From an uncultured Thermoleophilia bacterium (GTDB lineage: Bacteria; Actinomycetota; Thermoleophilia; UBA2241): DNA of 64,000 nt. The stretch covers positions 608,001-672,000 of the forward strand of contig CAVPCT010000003.1 in assembly GCA_963702475.1 (NCBI GenBank). Reading direction: 5' to 3'. Position 1 is the stretch's first letter. Each line of letters begins with the position of its first letter. Of this stretch, positions 29,870 through 39,327 are shown piece by piece. Below the pieces are notes generated by a model. That model did not search any database. It had not been told where the DNA came from and saw only the letters and a program-made list of their open reading frames with translations. A program made the position numbers and the translations under genes.

Positions 29870-30949
29870 GTGGCAGACCCGACGCTCAGCATCGACGACC
29901 TGTGCACCCGTGCCCTGGCCGGCGAGACCTTGGAGGAGCGCGAGCTCGAGGCGATGCTGGCGGCCGGACCGGCCGACGCCGAGACCGTGTTCGCGGCGGC
30001 GCGAGAGGCGCGCAGCCGGGTCTCCGGCGACTGCATCTTCCTCTATGGCTTCATCTACTTCTCCACGTACTGCCGCAACGCGTGTGCGTTCTGCTTCTAT
30101 CGCGCCGACAACCTCGAGAGCCCGCGGTATCGCAAGTCCCTGGACGAGGTCGTGGCCATCTGCAACGACCTGGCGGGCTCCGGCGTCGTGCTGCTCGATC
30201 TCACCATGGGCGAGGACCCGGTCATCCACGACGAGCCGGGCTACCGGAGTCTCCTCGACCTGGTCTCGGCCGTGCGCCACGGTAGCGGTCTGCCGGTCAT
30301 GGTCTCGCCGGGAGTGGTGCCGGACGACGCGCTCGCCGGCCTCGCCGAACGCGGCGCGGACTGGTACGCGCTCTACCAGGAGACGCACACGCGGGAGCTC
30401 TACGACCGCCTGCGCGTGCACCAGCCGTTCGAGGAGCGTGTACACGCGCGTGACGCGGCGCGTGGGGCCGGTCTGCTGGTCGAGGACGGCATGCTCACCG
30501 GCATCGGCGACACGCCGGCCGATCGTGCCCGTGCTATCGCCTCCATGCGCGACGCCGCCTGGGAGCAGGTGCGCATCATGACGTTCGTGCCGCAGGCCGG
30601 CACGCCCCTGGAGGACGTGGTGCCGGCCGGCGATCTCGACGAGCTCCTCACCATCGCCGTGCTGCGCCTCGCCTGCCCGCAGGCGCTCATCCCGGCCTCC
30701 CTTGACGTGGACGGCATCGCCGGCCTCGAGCGGCGCCTCAACGCAGGCGCCAGCGTGGTCACGTCCATCGTGCCGCCGACGAAGGGGCTCGCCGGTGTGT
30801 CGCAGAGCGAGCTGGACATCGAAGAGGGCTACCGCACCGTGGAGGGCGTGCTGCCGCACCTCGCGCGTCTCGGCCTGCGCGCCGGCACCGTCGAGGAGTA
30901 CCGCGCCTGGCTGGCCACGGCACACGAGCGCGCGCTGGTGCGGGCGTGA
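29870..30949 (+). CDS. pylB: Methylornithine synthase PylB (radical SAM)
   Basis: FLYGFIYFSTYCRNACAFCFYR, DLTMGED, ALYQET, MTFVPQ.GTP, IPASLDVDG..GL..RLNAGA.VVTS. Confidence 0.95.
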   Translation: MADPTLSIDDLCTRALAGETLEERELEAMLAAGPADAETVFAAAREARSRVSGDCIFLYGFIYFSTYCRNACAFCFYRADNLESPRYRKSLDEVVAICNDLAGSGVVLLDLTMGEDPVIHDEPGYRSLLDLVSAVRHGSGLPVMVSPGVVPDDALAGLAERGADWYALYQETHTRELYDRLRVHQPFEERVHARDAARGAGLLVEDGMLTGIGDTPADRARAIASMRDAAWEQVRIMTFVPQAGTPLEDVVPAGDLDELLTIAVLRLACPQALIPASLDVDGIAGLERRLNAGASVVTSIVPPTKGLAGVSQSELDIEEGYRTVEGVLPHLARLGLRAGTVEEYRAWLATAHERALVRA

Positions 30950-32193
30950 GGCTCCTCGTCGTCGGCGGTAAGCTGCAGGGCACGGAGGCCGCGTATCTCG
31001 CCGGCAAGGCCGGATGGGACGTCGTGCTGGTCGACCGGCGGCCGGCCCCGCCGGCCGCCGGTCTGGTGTCGCGGCACATGGCGCTCGACATCACGGCGGA
31101 CGAGCAGACGGCGCGCGCGCTCGTCGCGTCGTGTGACGCCGTGCTGCCTGCGTGCGAGGATCTCGCCACGCTCGAGTGGCTGGCCGCCCGCGTCGAGACC
31201 TGGGGTGTGCCGCTGCTGTTCGACCTGGCAGCCTACGAGGTGACTCAATCCAAGGCGGCCTCCCGTGAGCTCTTCGCACGCCTCGACGTGCCGTTGCCGG
31301 CCCCGTGGCCGGCCTGCGGGTTCCCCGCCGTGGTCAAGCCGGACGCGGCGTCCGGCAGCGACGGCGTGGCGGTGGTCGGCGACGAGGCGGGTCTGGAGGC
31401 GGCCGTGGCGGTGTTGCGCGCGGCCGGCCACCGGCCCGTCGTCGAGGAGTACGTCTGTGGCCCCTCGCTGTCGTACGAGGTCCTTGCGGCCGGCGGCCGC
31501 GCCTGCGCGCTTCAGGTCACCGGCCTCGAGTTCGACGCCGTCTACGACTGCAAGCGCGTGGTAGCGCCGGTCGGGGAGACCGGCCGCGGCGCCGCGGCGG
31601 CGCCGGTGCGCGCCGACGGATCCACGGTCTGGGAGCGCGCCGTGCCCGAGGGCTCGCTGGCGCGCTTCGCCGCCGTCTCCGAGCACCTCGCCCTGGGCCT
31701 GGGTCTCAGCGGCCTGATGGACGTGGAGGTCATGGTCCGCGACGGCGAGCCGCTCCTGTTGGAGATCGACGCGCGCCTGCCCAGCCAGACGCCGACGGCG
31801 GTGTACTGGTCGAGCGGCCTCAACATCCTCGAGGAGCTGTGGCACACGGTCTCCGACGGCGCGCCCCCGTCGGGCGACGCCGTCCCGCGTCGCGCCTGCG
31901 TGTACCAGCATGTCCGCGTCCGCGACGGGCTGGCGGAGGTCTGCGGGGAGCACGTCATGGGCGGCTGCCGCCCGCTGCGCCTCGTATCGGGGTTCTACGA
32001 CGTCGACGAGGCACTCACCGACTACGAGCCCGGCGCCCGTGAGTGGTGTGCTACGCTCATCGTCTCCGCGGCGAGCGCCGCCGAGGCGCGTGCAGCCGCC
32101 GACACCGCGGCGCGCGAGCTCGCGCGTAGCCAGGGTCTCGAGCTCCTGCCCGAGAACGACCAGACCGTCCTTCCCCAGGAGGCGCGGACATGA
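30946..32193 (+). CDS. pylC: 3-methylornithine--L-lysine ligase PylC (ATP-grasp)
   Basis: VGGKLQGTEAAYL, MDVE, EIDARLPSQTPTAVY.SSGLN, GEHVM; GTGA overlap with pylB. Confidence 0.95.
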   Translation: MRLLVVGGKLQGTEAAYLAGKAGWDVVLVDRRPAPPAAGLVSRHMALDITADEQTARALVASCDAVLPACEDLATLEWLAARVETWGVPLLFDLAAYEVTQSKAASRELFARLDVPLPAPWPACGFPAVVKPDAASGSDGVAVVGDEAGLEAAVAVLRAAGHRPVVEEYVCGPSLSYEVLAAGGRACALQVTGLEFDAVYDCKRVVAPVGETGRGAAAAPVRADGSTVWERAVPEGSLARFAAVSEHLALGLGLSGLMDVEVMVRDGEPLLLEIDARLPSQTPTAVYWSSGLNILEELWHTVSDGAPPSGDAVPRRACVYQHVRVRDGLAEVCGEHVMGGCRPLRLVSGFYDVDEALTDYEPGAREWCATLIVSAASAAEARAAADTAARELARSQGLELLPENDQTVLPQEART

Positions 32194-32996
32194 CCAGGCT
32201 CACCGAGGACGACGTCCGCACCCTCACCGAAGACCTCACCGCGTTCGAGTCCGGTCTGCTCGAGGTCGCAGGCTTGGACCTGCGCACCCTCGCGCTGGCC
32301 ACCGTGGCCGACCCCCCGGTCTGCGTACCGTTGCACGGCGCCCGCATCGCCGCGGTGCCAGTGACGTCGGGTGAGGGGGTCATCTCCGGCTTCACGGAGT
32401 GCGTGGCGGTCATCCTGCGCCATCTCGGCTGCGAGGCGTGGGTGACCGGCCAGCCGGACGTGCGCGGCATCCAGCAGGCCGTTACCAGCCGCGCCGAGGT
32501 CGTGTTCCTCGCCGACGACCACCGCTTCATCGCCCTCGACCTGCGCAACGGCCGCTGTGTCGACGACGACCCTGCCACGGCGGACGGCTACGTCACAGCC
32601 CTCGAGGCCGCCGCCGGAGGGCTGTTCGGCAAACCCGTGCTCCTGCTCGGACTGGGCCCAGTGGGCCGCGCCGCCGCGCGTCGCCTCGTGCGCAGAGGGG
32701 CGAAGGTCGAGGTCGTCGAGCCCAACAGCGAGCGCCTGCAGGCCGCCCTCGACATCGGCCTGCACGTCAGGCCCACCACCCTCGACGAGGGCCTGGCGCG
32801 CTGTGACCTGGTCTTCGACGCCACACCGGCTCTCGACATCATCGACATCGCCGACGTGACCGAACGCACCATCGCCGCCGTGCCGGGTATCCCATCCGGG
32901 TTCACGGCCGCAGCGCGCGCGGCCATGGGCCGTCGGCACATCCACGAGCCGCTGGCCGTAGGCGTCGCCGTCATGGCGGCTCGGGCGCTCGCCTAG
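32190..32996 (+). CDS. pylD: Pyrrolysine synthase PylD (ends in TAG)
   Basis: VPVTSGEGVI.GF, DV.G, ADD.RF, AT..GYV.AL, GLGPVG, HEPL.VGV. Confidence 0.93.
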   Translation: MTRLTEDDVRTLTEDLTAFESGLLEVAGLDLRTLALATVADPPVCVPLHGARIAAVPVTSGEGVISGFTECVAVILRHLGCEAWVTGQPDVRGIQQAVTSRAEVVFLADDHRFIALDLRNGRCVDDDPATADGYVTALEAAAGGLFGKPVLLLGLGPVGRAAARRLVRRGAKVEVVEPNSERLQAALDIGLHVRPTTLDEGLARCDLVFDATPALDIIDIADVTERTIAAVPGIPSGFTAAARAAMGRRHIHEPLAVGVAVMAARALA

Positions 32997-33029
32997 ACGT
33001 CACATCGACGGGCGCCGGCGATGTCGTAG

Positions 33030-33035
33030 TACAAT
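33030..33035 (+). promoter_or_regulatory. -10 element for pylT
   Basis: TACAAT ends 10 nt upstream of the tRNA 5' end. Confidence 0.5.
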
Positions 33036-33045
33036 CCGGGTGCGC

Positions 33046-33118
33046 GGGGGGTCGATCGCAAGGATCAGCGTGGACTCTAAATCCACGTAGGCGGGTGTGA
33101 CTCCCGCACTCCCCGCCA
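33046..33118 (+). tRNA. pylT: tRNA-Pyl (anticodon CUA, amber suppressor)
   Basis: Acceptor GGGGGGT/ACTCCCC + G + encoded CCA; D-arm GATC-GCAAG-GATC; anticodon arm CGTGGA-CTCTAAA-TCCACG (CTA at 33077-33079); short variable loop; T-arm GCGGG-TGTGACT-CCCGC without TTC. Confidence 0.97.
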
Positions 33119-33169
33119 GTCTTTCTCTTCTCCGGCTTCTCCCCCCGCGTTGCGGCGGCGCTCCCCGCG

Positions 33170-34105
33170 TCAGGGCGCGAACGTGACCGGGATGCGCACC
33201 TCGTCCTGGCGGGAGCCGTCCTCCATCGACTGGGCGTAGACGATCAGGGTGCCGCGGGTAGCCGAGGTTGTGAACTGCACGGTCTTGCTGAAGTCGCCGC
33301 GCTCCGGCCCCCCGGCCGACGCCTGCACGGGCGTCCTCACGAGCTGCGAACCGCCGGCGTCCTCGAGCTCCGCCATGAACGAGCCCTCGAACACCATGGC
33401 CGTCCCCTCGAGGGCGAACGGGCTGCCGAGCACGGCGCCGACGCCCGGTCGTTCGACGAAGATCGCGGGCTCGAAGTCCCGCCAGTCGGCGCGCTTCTGG
33501 CTGGAGTCCAGCATGAGGCCCTCGCCTCCGAGCTCCGTGAGAGGCTCGCCGTCGATGCGGAAGTCCACCGCCTTCACAGTGGGGTACTGTGTCAGTGTGT
33601 AGACCACCTGCGCCACGCGGGCCTGCATCGCCAGCGAGCCTCCTCCTGAGGCGAACTCGCCTGACAGGTCGACGATGGCGACGCCCCCCTTGATGGTGAG
33701 GCCGAGGAGCCGAGTGCCGGCCGGCACGGCGGAGCTGAGGCCGGCCCCCTGGTCCTCCGCGTTCGGACCCAGGCACAGCGCCGACATCGCGGCGGTGGCG
33801 ACTGCCTCACTGCGCGGCGCCGGCCGCTCGGCCACGCCGAGCTTCTCGCCGCGCAGGAAGTAGACGCGCACGACCATCTCGTCCGCCGCCGCTGTCGCCG
33901 ACTCGCCGGGGGAGGGGGCCGTGGTGGCCGTGACCTGCGTCGGCGCTCCGGGCGAGGCGCTCTCACCGGCGCCCCCGTCCGACACGCCGCAGCCGGCCGC
34001 GAGGGCGGCGCCGAGCGCCACGGCCGCGAGCAGCGCGAGCGCGGCGGCCACGGACCGGCGGCGCTCGCGCCGGCCCTGGGTGCGGAAGCTGCAGAAGGCG
34101 GTCAT
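33170..34105 (-). CDS. Lipoprotein with GerMN and Gmad2 Ig-like domains
   Basis: Lipobox AAGC; VYF, L..GP, VDLS.EF, Q.VYTLTQ; C-terminal GTA.VFEG. Confidence 0.8.
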   Translation of the reverse strand: MTAFCSFRTQGRRERRRSVAAALALLAAVALGAALAAGCGVSDGGAGESASPGAPTQVTATTAPSPGESATAAADEMVVRVYFLRGEKLGVAERPAPRSEAVATAAMSALCLGPNAEDQGAGLSSAVPAGTRLLGLTIKGGVAIVDLSGEFASGGGSLAMQARVAQVVYTLTQYPTVKAVDFRIDGEPLTELGGEGLMLDSSQKRADWRDFEPAIFVERPGVGAVLGSPFALEGTAMVFEGSFMAELEDAGGSQLVRTPVQASAGGPERGDFSKTVQFTTSATRGTLIVYAQSMEDGSRQDEVRIPVTFAP

Positions 34106-34188
34106 GGGCACCTCACCCGATAGACGGAGTCCTTCCCTTCGGGACGCGCCAGCCTCCTCCTGCGCTCGGTGGTACACTTCACGTCCCC

Positions 34189-34515
34189 ATGCCGACCGAT
34201 CCCAACAAAGCGCGCTACTACCGCAAGCAGATCCCGCTTTTCAGGCTGCTTGAGAAGATGAAGCTGTGGCCCTCGCGGCGCGGCATCCTGCACGGCATCC
34301 GCGAGATCACCCTGCGCGGCGAGTACGCCATCATCGTGACCCACTGCGGCAAACACATGGTGGTGCGCGATTCCAAGACGAGCCGCGCCGCGCGATGGCT
34401 GCGCAACAAGTGGTACGCCGAGGCGTGTCCCAAGTGCCGCATCCCGGAGTGGAAGCTCCAGAAGTACGCCTCCACGCACTTCAATCGGGGCTACGGCTCT
34501 CACCTGAGGGACTGA
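34189..34515 (+). CDS. pylSn: Pyrrolysyl-tRNA synthetase N-terminal subunit PylSn
   Basis: KMKLWPSRRGILHGI, THCG, SRAARWLRNKW, CPKCRIPEWKL (Zn ligands). Confidence 0.96.
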   Translation: MPTDPNKARYYRKQIPLFRLLEKMKLWPSRRGILHGIREITLRGEYAIIVTHCGKHMVVRDSKTSRAARWLRNKWYAEACPKCRIPEWKLQKYASTHFNRGYGSHLRD

Positions 34516-34573
34516 ACGACGAAGGGGGCTCAGCGAGCGGTGCGTCGCAGGCGCGCCCGTCGATAGGCTCCGG

Positions 34574-35453
34574 CTACAGCAGCCGCCAGCTCTCCGGCCG
34601 CAGCCGCATCGATTCCGGAGCAGTGAGCACCCTGTCCAGCGTGGCCAGCATGGCCGCCTTTTCCTGCGGCAGGCGCCCTCCCACGGGCAGATAGTTGGAC
34701 GCGTGGTTGCTTCGGAAGAGGCAGTCGGTGACCTCAGTGGCCGCGACGATCTCGCGCAGTTCGCGGAGCATGCCGAGCGAGTCCGGCAGCACCACCTCGC
34801 CGCGCGCCACCTTGCGCTCCATGGCGGTGCCCGGCGTGAGCATGAGCGTGAGGATGCCGATGTACCGCGGGTCGATGGCCGAGAGAGCCACGCCCGTGGC
34901 TCGCGCGTGCACGAGCGAGCGCTCTGCGCCGGCGAGGCCGAGGATGGCCGTGACGGACAGGGCGATGCCGGCCGTCGAGGCCCGCACGCAGCCCTCGATC
35001 TGTTCGCTCACCGTCATGCCCTTGTGGATGTGGGCCAGGGTCTGGTCGTCGCCCGACTCGAGGCCCAGGTAGATGAGCTCGAGGCCGTTCGCGCGGAGTG
35101 TCACCAGGTCCTCGGACGCTCTTCGCCAGCAGGTTGCGGGCGTTGGCGTAGGTGCTCACGCGCTCCAGGTTCGGCAGAGCCCGGTGCAGCAGATCCAGGA
35201 TGTCGTGCAGTTTGTGCGGGCTCAGTGCCATGGCGTCGCCGTCGGCCAGAAAGACCCGGTCCACACGGTTGCGCACCGTGGAGGGGAGACCCAGGACGTC
35301 GTCGACCACCTCGTCGAACGGTCGCACGGCGAACGGCTTCTCCAGATAGGTGCCGCAGAAGTCGCAGGTGTTGTTGGAGCAGCCGTACGTGACCTGCACG
35401 ATAAGACTGCTGGCCTCGCTGGGGGGGCGGATGACGGCGCCGTGGTACCTCAC
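34574..35453 (-). CDS. Radical SAM protein of unknown function, split by a +1 frameshift at ~35114
   Basis: RPPSEA.SL..QVT.GCSNNTCDFC, FLADGDA, then Y.GLESGDD, FRSNHASNYL; extra base in gtc-C-gag. Confidence 0.85.
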
Positions 35454-35482
35454 GTTCCCGATGCTACCAGAGCGGTCGCTCT

Positions 35483-35527
35483 TGTGCGGTGCCGCACATT
35501 TACGCTCACACGCGCGACTGGTAGACT
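35483..35527 (+). promoter_or_regulatory. Palindromic operator and promoter between the divergent radical SAM and corrinoid genes
   Basis: TGTGCGG-TG-CCGCACA (35483-35498) abuts TTTACG-17-TAGACT. Confidence 0.55.
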
Positions 35528-35651
35528 GCAGCCGTCGCGGAAGGGGGTGGCGACGGCGCGCGTCTCGACACGGCCTGGGCGTGCACCGGGCGTGCGAAGC
35601 GCCCCTCGCCTCTCCGGTCCCACAACGGCCGTCACAGAAGGAGCCCCACGC

Positions 35652-36284
35652 ATGGCCACCATCTACGAAGAAGCAGCCCAGACCATCGTCGACGCCGACC
35701 GCGCCGCCGCCGAGGAGGTCGCGAAGCGCGCCCTCGGGCAGGGCCTCGCGCCCGCCGACATCATGCAGAACGGCTTCGTCAAGGGTATCCAGGAGGTCGG
35801 CGAGCTCTTCGAGAGCGGCGAGGTCTTCCTCCCCGAGCTGATGATGAGCGCCGACGCCATGGCCGGGGCCACCGAGGTCACCAACGCCGCCCTGGAGGGC
35901 GAGGCCGCCGCGGCCAAGGGCGTGATCGTGATCGGCACCGTGCAGGGCGACGTGCACGACATCGGCAAGGCCATCGTCATCGCCTACCTGAAGGCCAACG
36001 GCTACGAGGTCCACGACCTCGGCCGCGACGTGCCCGCCGACGCCTTCCTCACCAAGGCCGCCGAGGTCGGCGCGAACGTGATCGGCATGAGCGCCCTGCT
36101 CACCACCACGATGGAGGAGCAGAAGAAGGTCATCAAGCGCGTGCGCGAGGAGGGCCTCGCCTACAAGTGCGTCGTCGGCGGCGCCCCCGCGACGCAGCGC
36201 TGGGCCGACCAGATCGGCGCCGACGCCTACGCCGAGGACGCCTCCGACGGCGTCAAGAAGATCGACGAGCTGCTCGGCGTCTGA
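35652..36284 (+). CDS. Methyltransferase cognate corrinoid protein (MtbC/MttC family)
   Basis: GEVFLPEL cap, GTVQGDVHDIGK (DxHxxG), SALLTTTM, VGGAP, GADAYAEDA. Confidence 0.95.
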   Translation: MATIYEEAAQTIVDADRAAAEEVAKRALGQGLAPADIMQNGFVKGIQEVGELFESGEVFLPELMMSADAMAGATEVTNAALEGEAAAAKGVIVIGTVQGDVHDIGKAIVIAYLKANGYEVHDLGRDVPADAFLTKAAEVGANVIGMSALLTTTMEEQKKVIKRVREEGLAYKCVVGGAPATQRWADQIGADAYAEDASDGVKKIDELLGV

Positions 36285-36311
36285 GCGTCCCGGGAAGCCC
36301 CTGAGGGGCCG
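36256..36311 (+). repeat. Left copy of a 56-bp imperfect direct repeat
   Basis: 50/56 identical to 49482-49537, with a 23-bp exact core ACGAGCTGCTCGGCGTCTGAGCG. Confidence 0.9.
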
Positions 36312-36319
36312 CAGAAGCG

Positions 36320-36359
36320 CGCGACGAAGGGCGGGCCGGGAGGGCCGCCCTTCGTCGCG
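36320..36359 (+). terminator. Stem-loop after the corrinoid gene
   Basis: CGCGACGAAGGGCGG...CCGCCCTTCGTCGCG. Confidence 0.55.
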
Positions 36360-36389
36360 TACGCCATTCGTGCTGTGTACCATCGGCGC

Positions 36390-36569
36390 GTGAACGAGTG
36401 GGACGACCGGTTCGACTACTACCGTGACAGCCCGACCCATGCGCTCGGCGCCGACCTCGACCAAGTCGTGGCCTGGTGCGAGTCGGGACCCGGTGTGGCA
36501 GCGCTGGACGTGGCCTGCGGCGGCGCCCTCCTTGGACATGCGGCCGATGCGCGCCGGCGTGCTCCCTGA
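36390..36569 (+). pseudogene. N-terminal fragment of a class I SAM-dependent methyltransferase
   Basis: Y.DSPTHA.G.DL...ALDVACGG motif I, then truncation next to IS remnants. Confidence 0.6.
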
Positions 36570-36599
36570 CGGGCACTCCTGAGGATTGAGGCGAAAGTA

Positions 36600-37120
36600 G
36601 CCGACCGGCCGGCGCGCCGCGGCAAAGCGGCGCTAATCACGTTGACGCCGGAGACTGTCACCAGGCGGTGGGATCTCAGGTGAGTCCAGGGCTGCGCGGG
36701 CGCTGTCCCTCTCGAGAATACCGAGCTGGCCAGCGAGGAAGTCGAGCACGCGCAGACAGGCGTCTACCGTCTCGCGCTTGTCGCCGGGCAGCTCGAGGCC
36801 CGTGAGCCAGCAGCGCCCGTCCGCGCCGAACGGATCGCTCACTGGCGGGGCGCCCTTCAGGTTGTGGCAAAGGGTGGCGGAGATCTCGTTCTTGAGGCAC
36901 GTGCGCTGGCGGCGTAGGTTACGGGTCTTCTCGCCCGGCAGCAGGGCGCCTTGCAGCATGCCGGCCGCCAGCAGCTTCGCCAAGGCGCGCATCGAGGCGG
37001 TCGGTCTTCGCGTTGGCGACGGCGAAAGCGTGCGGCTCGCGCGCACCGGCCACTGCCACTCGTCTGACGTGAGGCGCGAGAATGCGCGCGATGGCGAGGG
37101 CGTTGCCGTTGGTCTCCTGG
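36600..37120 (-). mobile_element. IS110-family transposase remnant (frameshifted)
   Basis: Fragments in different frames: GNALAIARIL.PHV, TDRLDARALAKLLAAG, RT.LKNEI, L.TV.GV. Confidence 0.7.
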
Positions 37121-37128
37121 AAATCGTT

Positions 37129-37450
37129 TCACAATGACGCTCGCAGTCGCCGGAAGCAGATCAGGCAGCAAGCCAGTTCGAGGAAGGCCTCGTGTACGTC
37201 GGCGCGCCGCTCCTAGCGCACGAGCAGGCGGCGGAAGCCGTGCAGCCAGGCGATGGTGCGCTCGACGACCCAGCGCTGGGCACCGAGACCGGAGCCGCGA
37301 GAGGTGCCGCGCCGCGCGATTTGCGGGGTGATGCCGCGCGCTCGCAGCCTGCGGCGGTAGGCTTCGTGGTCGTAGCCGCGGTCGGCGAGCAGACGCCGGG
37401 GGCGCAGCGCAGCCGGGGCCGCACCCCTACCGCCGCCGGTGATGGCGGGC
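37129..37450 (-). mobile_element. IS5-family transposase C-terminal remnant
   Basis: LLADRGYDH...RARGITPQIARRG...RWVVERTIAWLHGFRRLLVR*ERRADVHEAFL; internal TAG at 37213-37215. Confidence 0.85.
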
Positions 37451-37916
37451 CGGCCCAGACACTGAGTCGAGCCCGGTGCTTTCTCTTATGGGTGAGGTTG
37501 GGGGCGATGCGCTGGCAATCGGCCTTCAGAGGTCCGGGCATTGGCGGGCGCGACCCTGTACGCAGTGCGCGACGCGAGGGTAGCCCAGGTGAGAAGCTGT
37601 CGAGCTTGCAACTTGGTGCACGCGCTCTGTAAGCATCCTCGTCTCACCCTCGGCCAAGATCCCGATCTCCGCCTGCTCGGCCGCCTCGCGGCTCTTCGGG
37701 ATGTGGAGACTGCCTCCCGGGGTGAATGTCCATCTCTCGGCCACAGATCCCACGCCCTTGACGCTCACAACTCCATGCGATTGGTGCACAGCAGCCGTCA
37801 ACTCGTGGAAGCATCGGTAGTCTGGGGCCAAGGGCGCGCAGGCACCTGGTGAACGTGGCCAGGACGATGATGAGAGACGGGGCCGACAATGGCTGCGCCG
37901 GCAGCGGAGCGACCCC

Positions 37917-37969
37917 TTGCGTCTCGCCGAGAGCTCTGTATGATGCCGGCATAACCGAACGGTTGGTTA
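37917..37969 (+). promoter_or_regulatory. Promoter and TetR-like operator of the island operon
   Basis: TTGCGT-16-TATGAT followed by palindromic TAACCGAACGGTTGGTTA. Confidence 0.55.
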
Positions 37970-38026
37970 CGCGCCGGCGTGGTCGGCAGGCCCCAGACCG
38001 CCCGCGCAGACAGCACAGGAGGATGT

Positions 38027-39253
38027 ATGCGAGTAGCTATTCTCGGAGCCGGCGCGCAGGGGTTCGTACTCACGTGGTACTTCGCTGCCTGCGCCGATGT
38101 GGACAGCATCGTCGTCGGCGACAACGAGCCGGAGCGGGCGCGGCAGGTCGTCGATCGCTGGGGTGCAGGCAAGTCAGAGGCCGTCATCGTCGACGCCACC
38201 GACATCGACGCCGTGGCACGCTTCGCTGCCGGCGCCGACATCCTTATCAACGCCGTGCTGCCGGAATGGGACGTTTCCTGCATGCAGGCGGCGCTGCAGG
38301 CCGGCGCACACTACATCGACATGGCCACGCGCAGGCCGGGCGGCACCGTCGACGACGGCTACATGGACCAGATGGACCTCGACGAGGCCTTCCGCTCGGC
38401 TGGTCTCACGGCTCTCATCACCACCGGCATGACACCCGGCGTCACCAACACTCTGGCGGCTATCGGCTACGAGGAAATGGACCGTTGCGAGGCTGTGCAC
38501 GTGCGCGCCACCTCCAACTTCCAGTCGGAGAAGCCCATACAGGTCTGGTCGCAGGAGACATGGTACATCGACTGCCAGACACCATGTCTCTACTTCTCAG
38601 AGGGCACCTTCCACCGCGCCGCGCCCTTCGGCGGACGCGAGTACTTCGACTTCCCGAGGCCGTACGGTCGCCGGCCCGTCACCTTCCACGAACACGAGGA
38701 AGCCACCACGCTGCCACGCTGGTTGCCCAGATTGGGCGAGAAGGGGCTGCAGTGCGTCGACTTCAAGATGGGTGCGAGCGACGCCGGCCTGGATGCGCTG
38801 AAGGCCGTCGTCGATAGCGGCATGGCCAGCCCGGAGCCGCGACAGGTGAAGGGTGTCACCGTGAGGCCCCTCGACGTGCTGGTCAGTAACCTGCCGCCCA
38901 GCCCGTCTCCCGACGAAGTGGCGGAGATGGCTCGGGCCGGCAAGATCGTGGACGAGGGTGTGTACGTCATCGACCTGCACGCAGAGCTCGACGACCCGCC
39001 CACCGAGTCGTTCTACGTCTACCCGCCGAGTATCCAGGAGCTCACCGAGATGTGCCCGGGCGCCAATCGCGTCAGCTATGGCACCTCGGTGCCCTGCGCC
39101 GCCTACGCCCGGTTCATCCTGGACGGCGTCATCGATACCCGTGGCGTCGTGCCGCCCGAAGGCCTGCCGCGCGAGGTGCGTCTGGCCTACGTGAAGGAGC
39201 TCGAGCACCGGGGTCTGCGCTTTGAGCGGCGCTCGCTCCGGTCGGTCTACTGA
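38027..39253 (+). CDS. Saccharopine dehydrogenase-like NAD(P)-dependent amine oxidoreductase
   Basis: ILGAGAQG, HYID, GMTPG.TN, HEHEE, GVVPPE. Confidence 0.85.
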   Translation: MRVAILGAGAQGFVLTWYFAACADVDSIVVGDNEPERARQVVDRWGAGKSEAVIVDATDIDAVARFAAGADILINAVLPEWDVSCMQAALQAGAHYIDMATRRPGGTVDDGYMDQMDLDEAFRSAGLTALITTGMTPGVTNTLAAIGYEEMDRCEAVHVRATSNFQSEKPIQVWSQETWYIDCQTPCLYFSEGTFHRAAPFGGREYFDFPRPYGRRPVTFHEHEEATTLPRWLPRLGEKGLQCVDFKMGASDAGLDALKAVVDSGMASPEPRQVKGVTVRPLDVLVSNLPPSPSPDEVAEMARAGKIVDEGVYVIDLHAELDDPPTESFYVYPPSIQELTEMCPGANRVSYGTSVPCAAYARFILDGVIDTRGVVPPEGLPREVRLAYVKELEHRGLRFERRSLRSVY

Positions 39254-39327
39254 GACCGCTCCGAGGAGCGGTCGGCCCTCTGACCGACGCAACGATTCCG
39301 ACTGTGTAGCCGAAAGAAAGGAAGAAC

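Noticed and set aside
37526-37850. Short ORFs between the IS5 remnant and the island promoter
   Set aside because: No recognisable motif or RBS; probably degraded sequence
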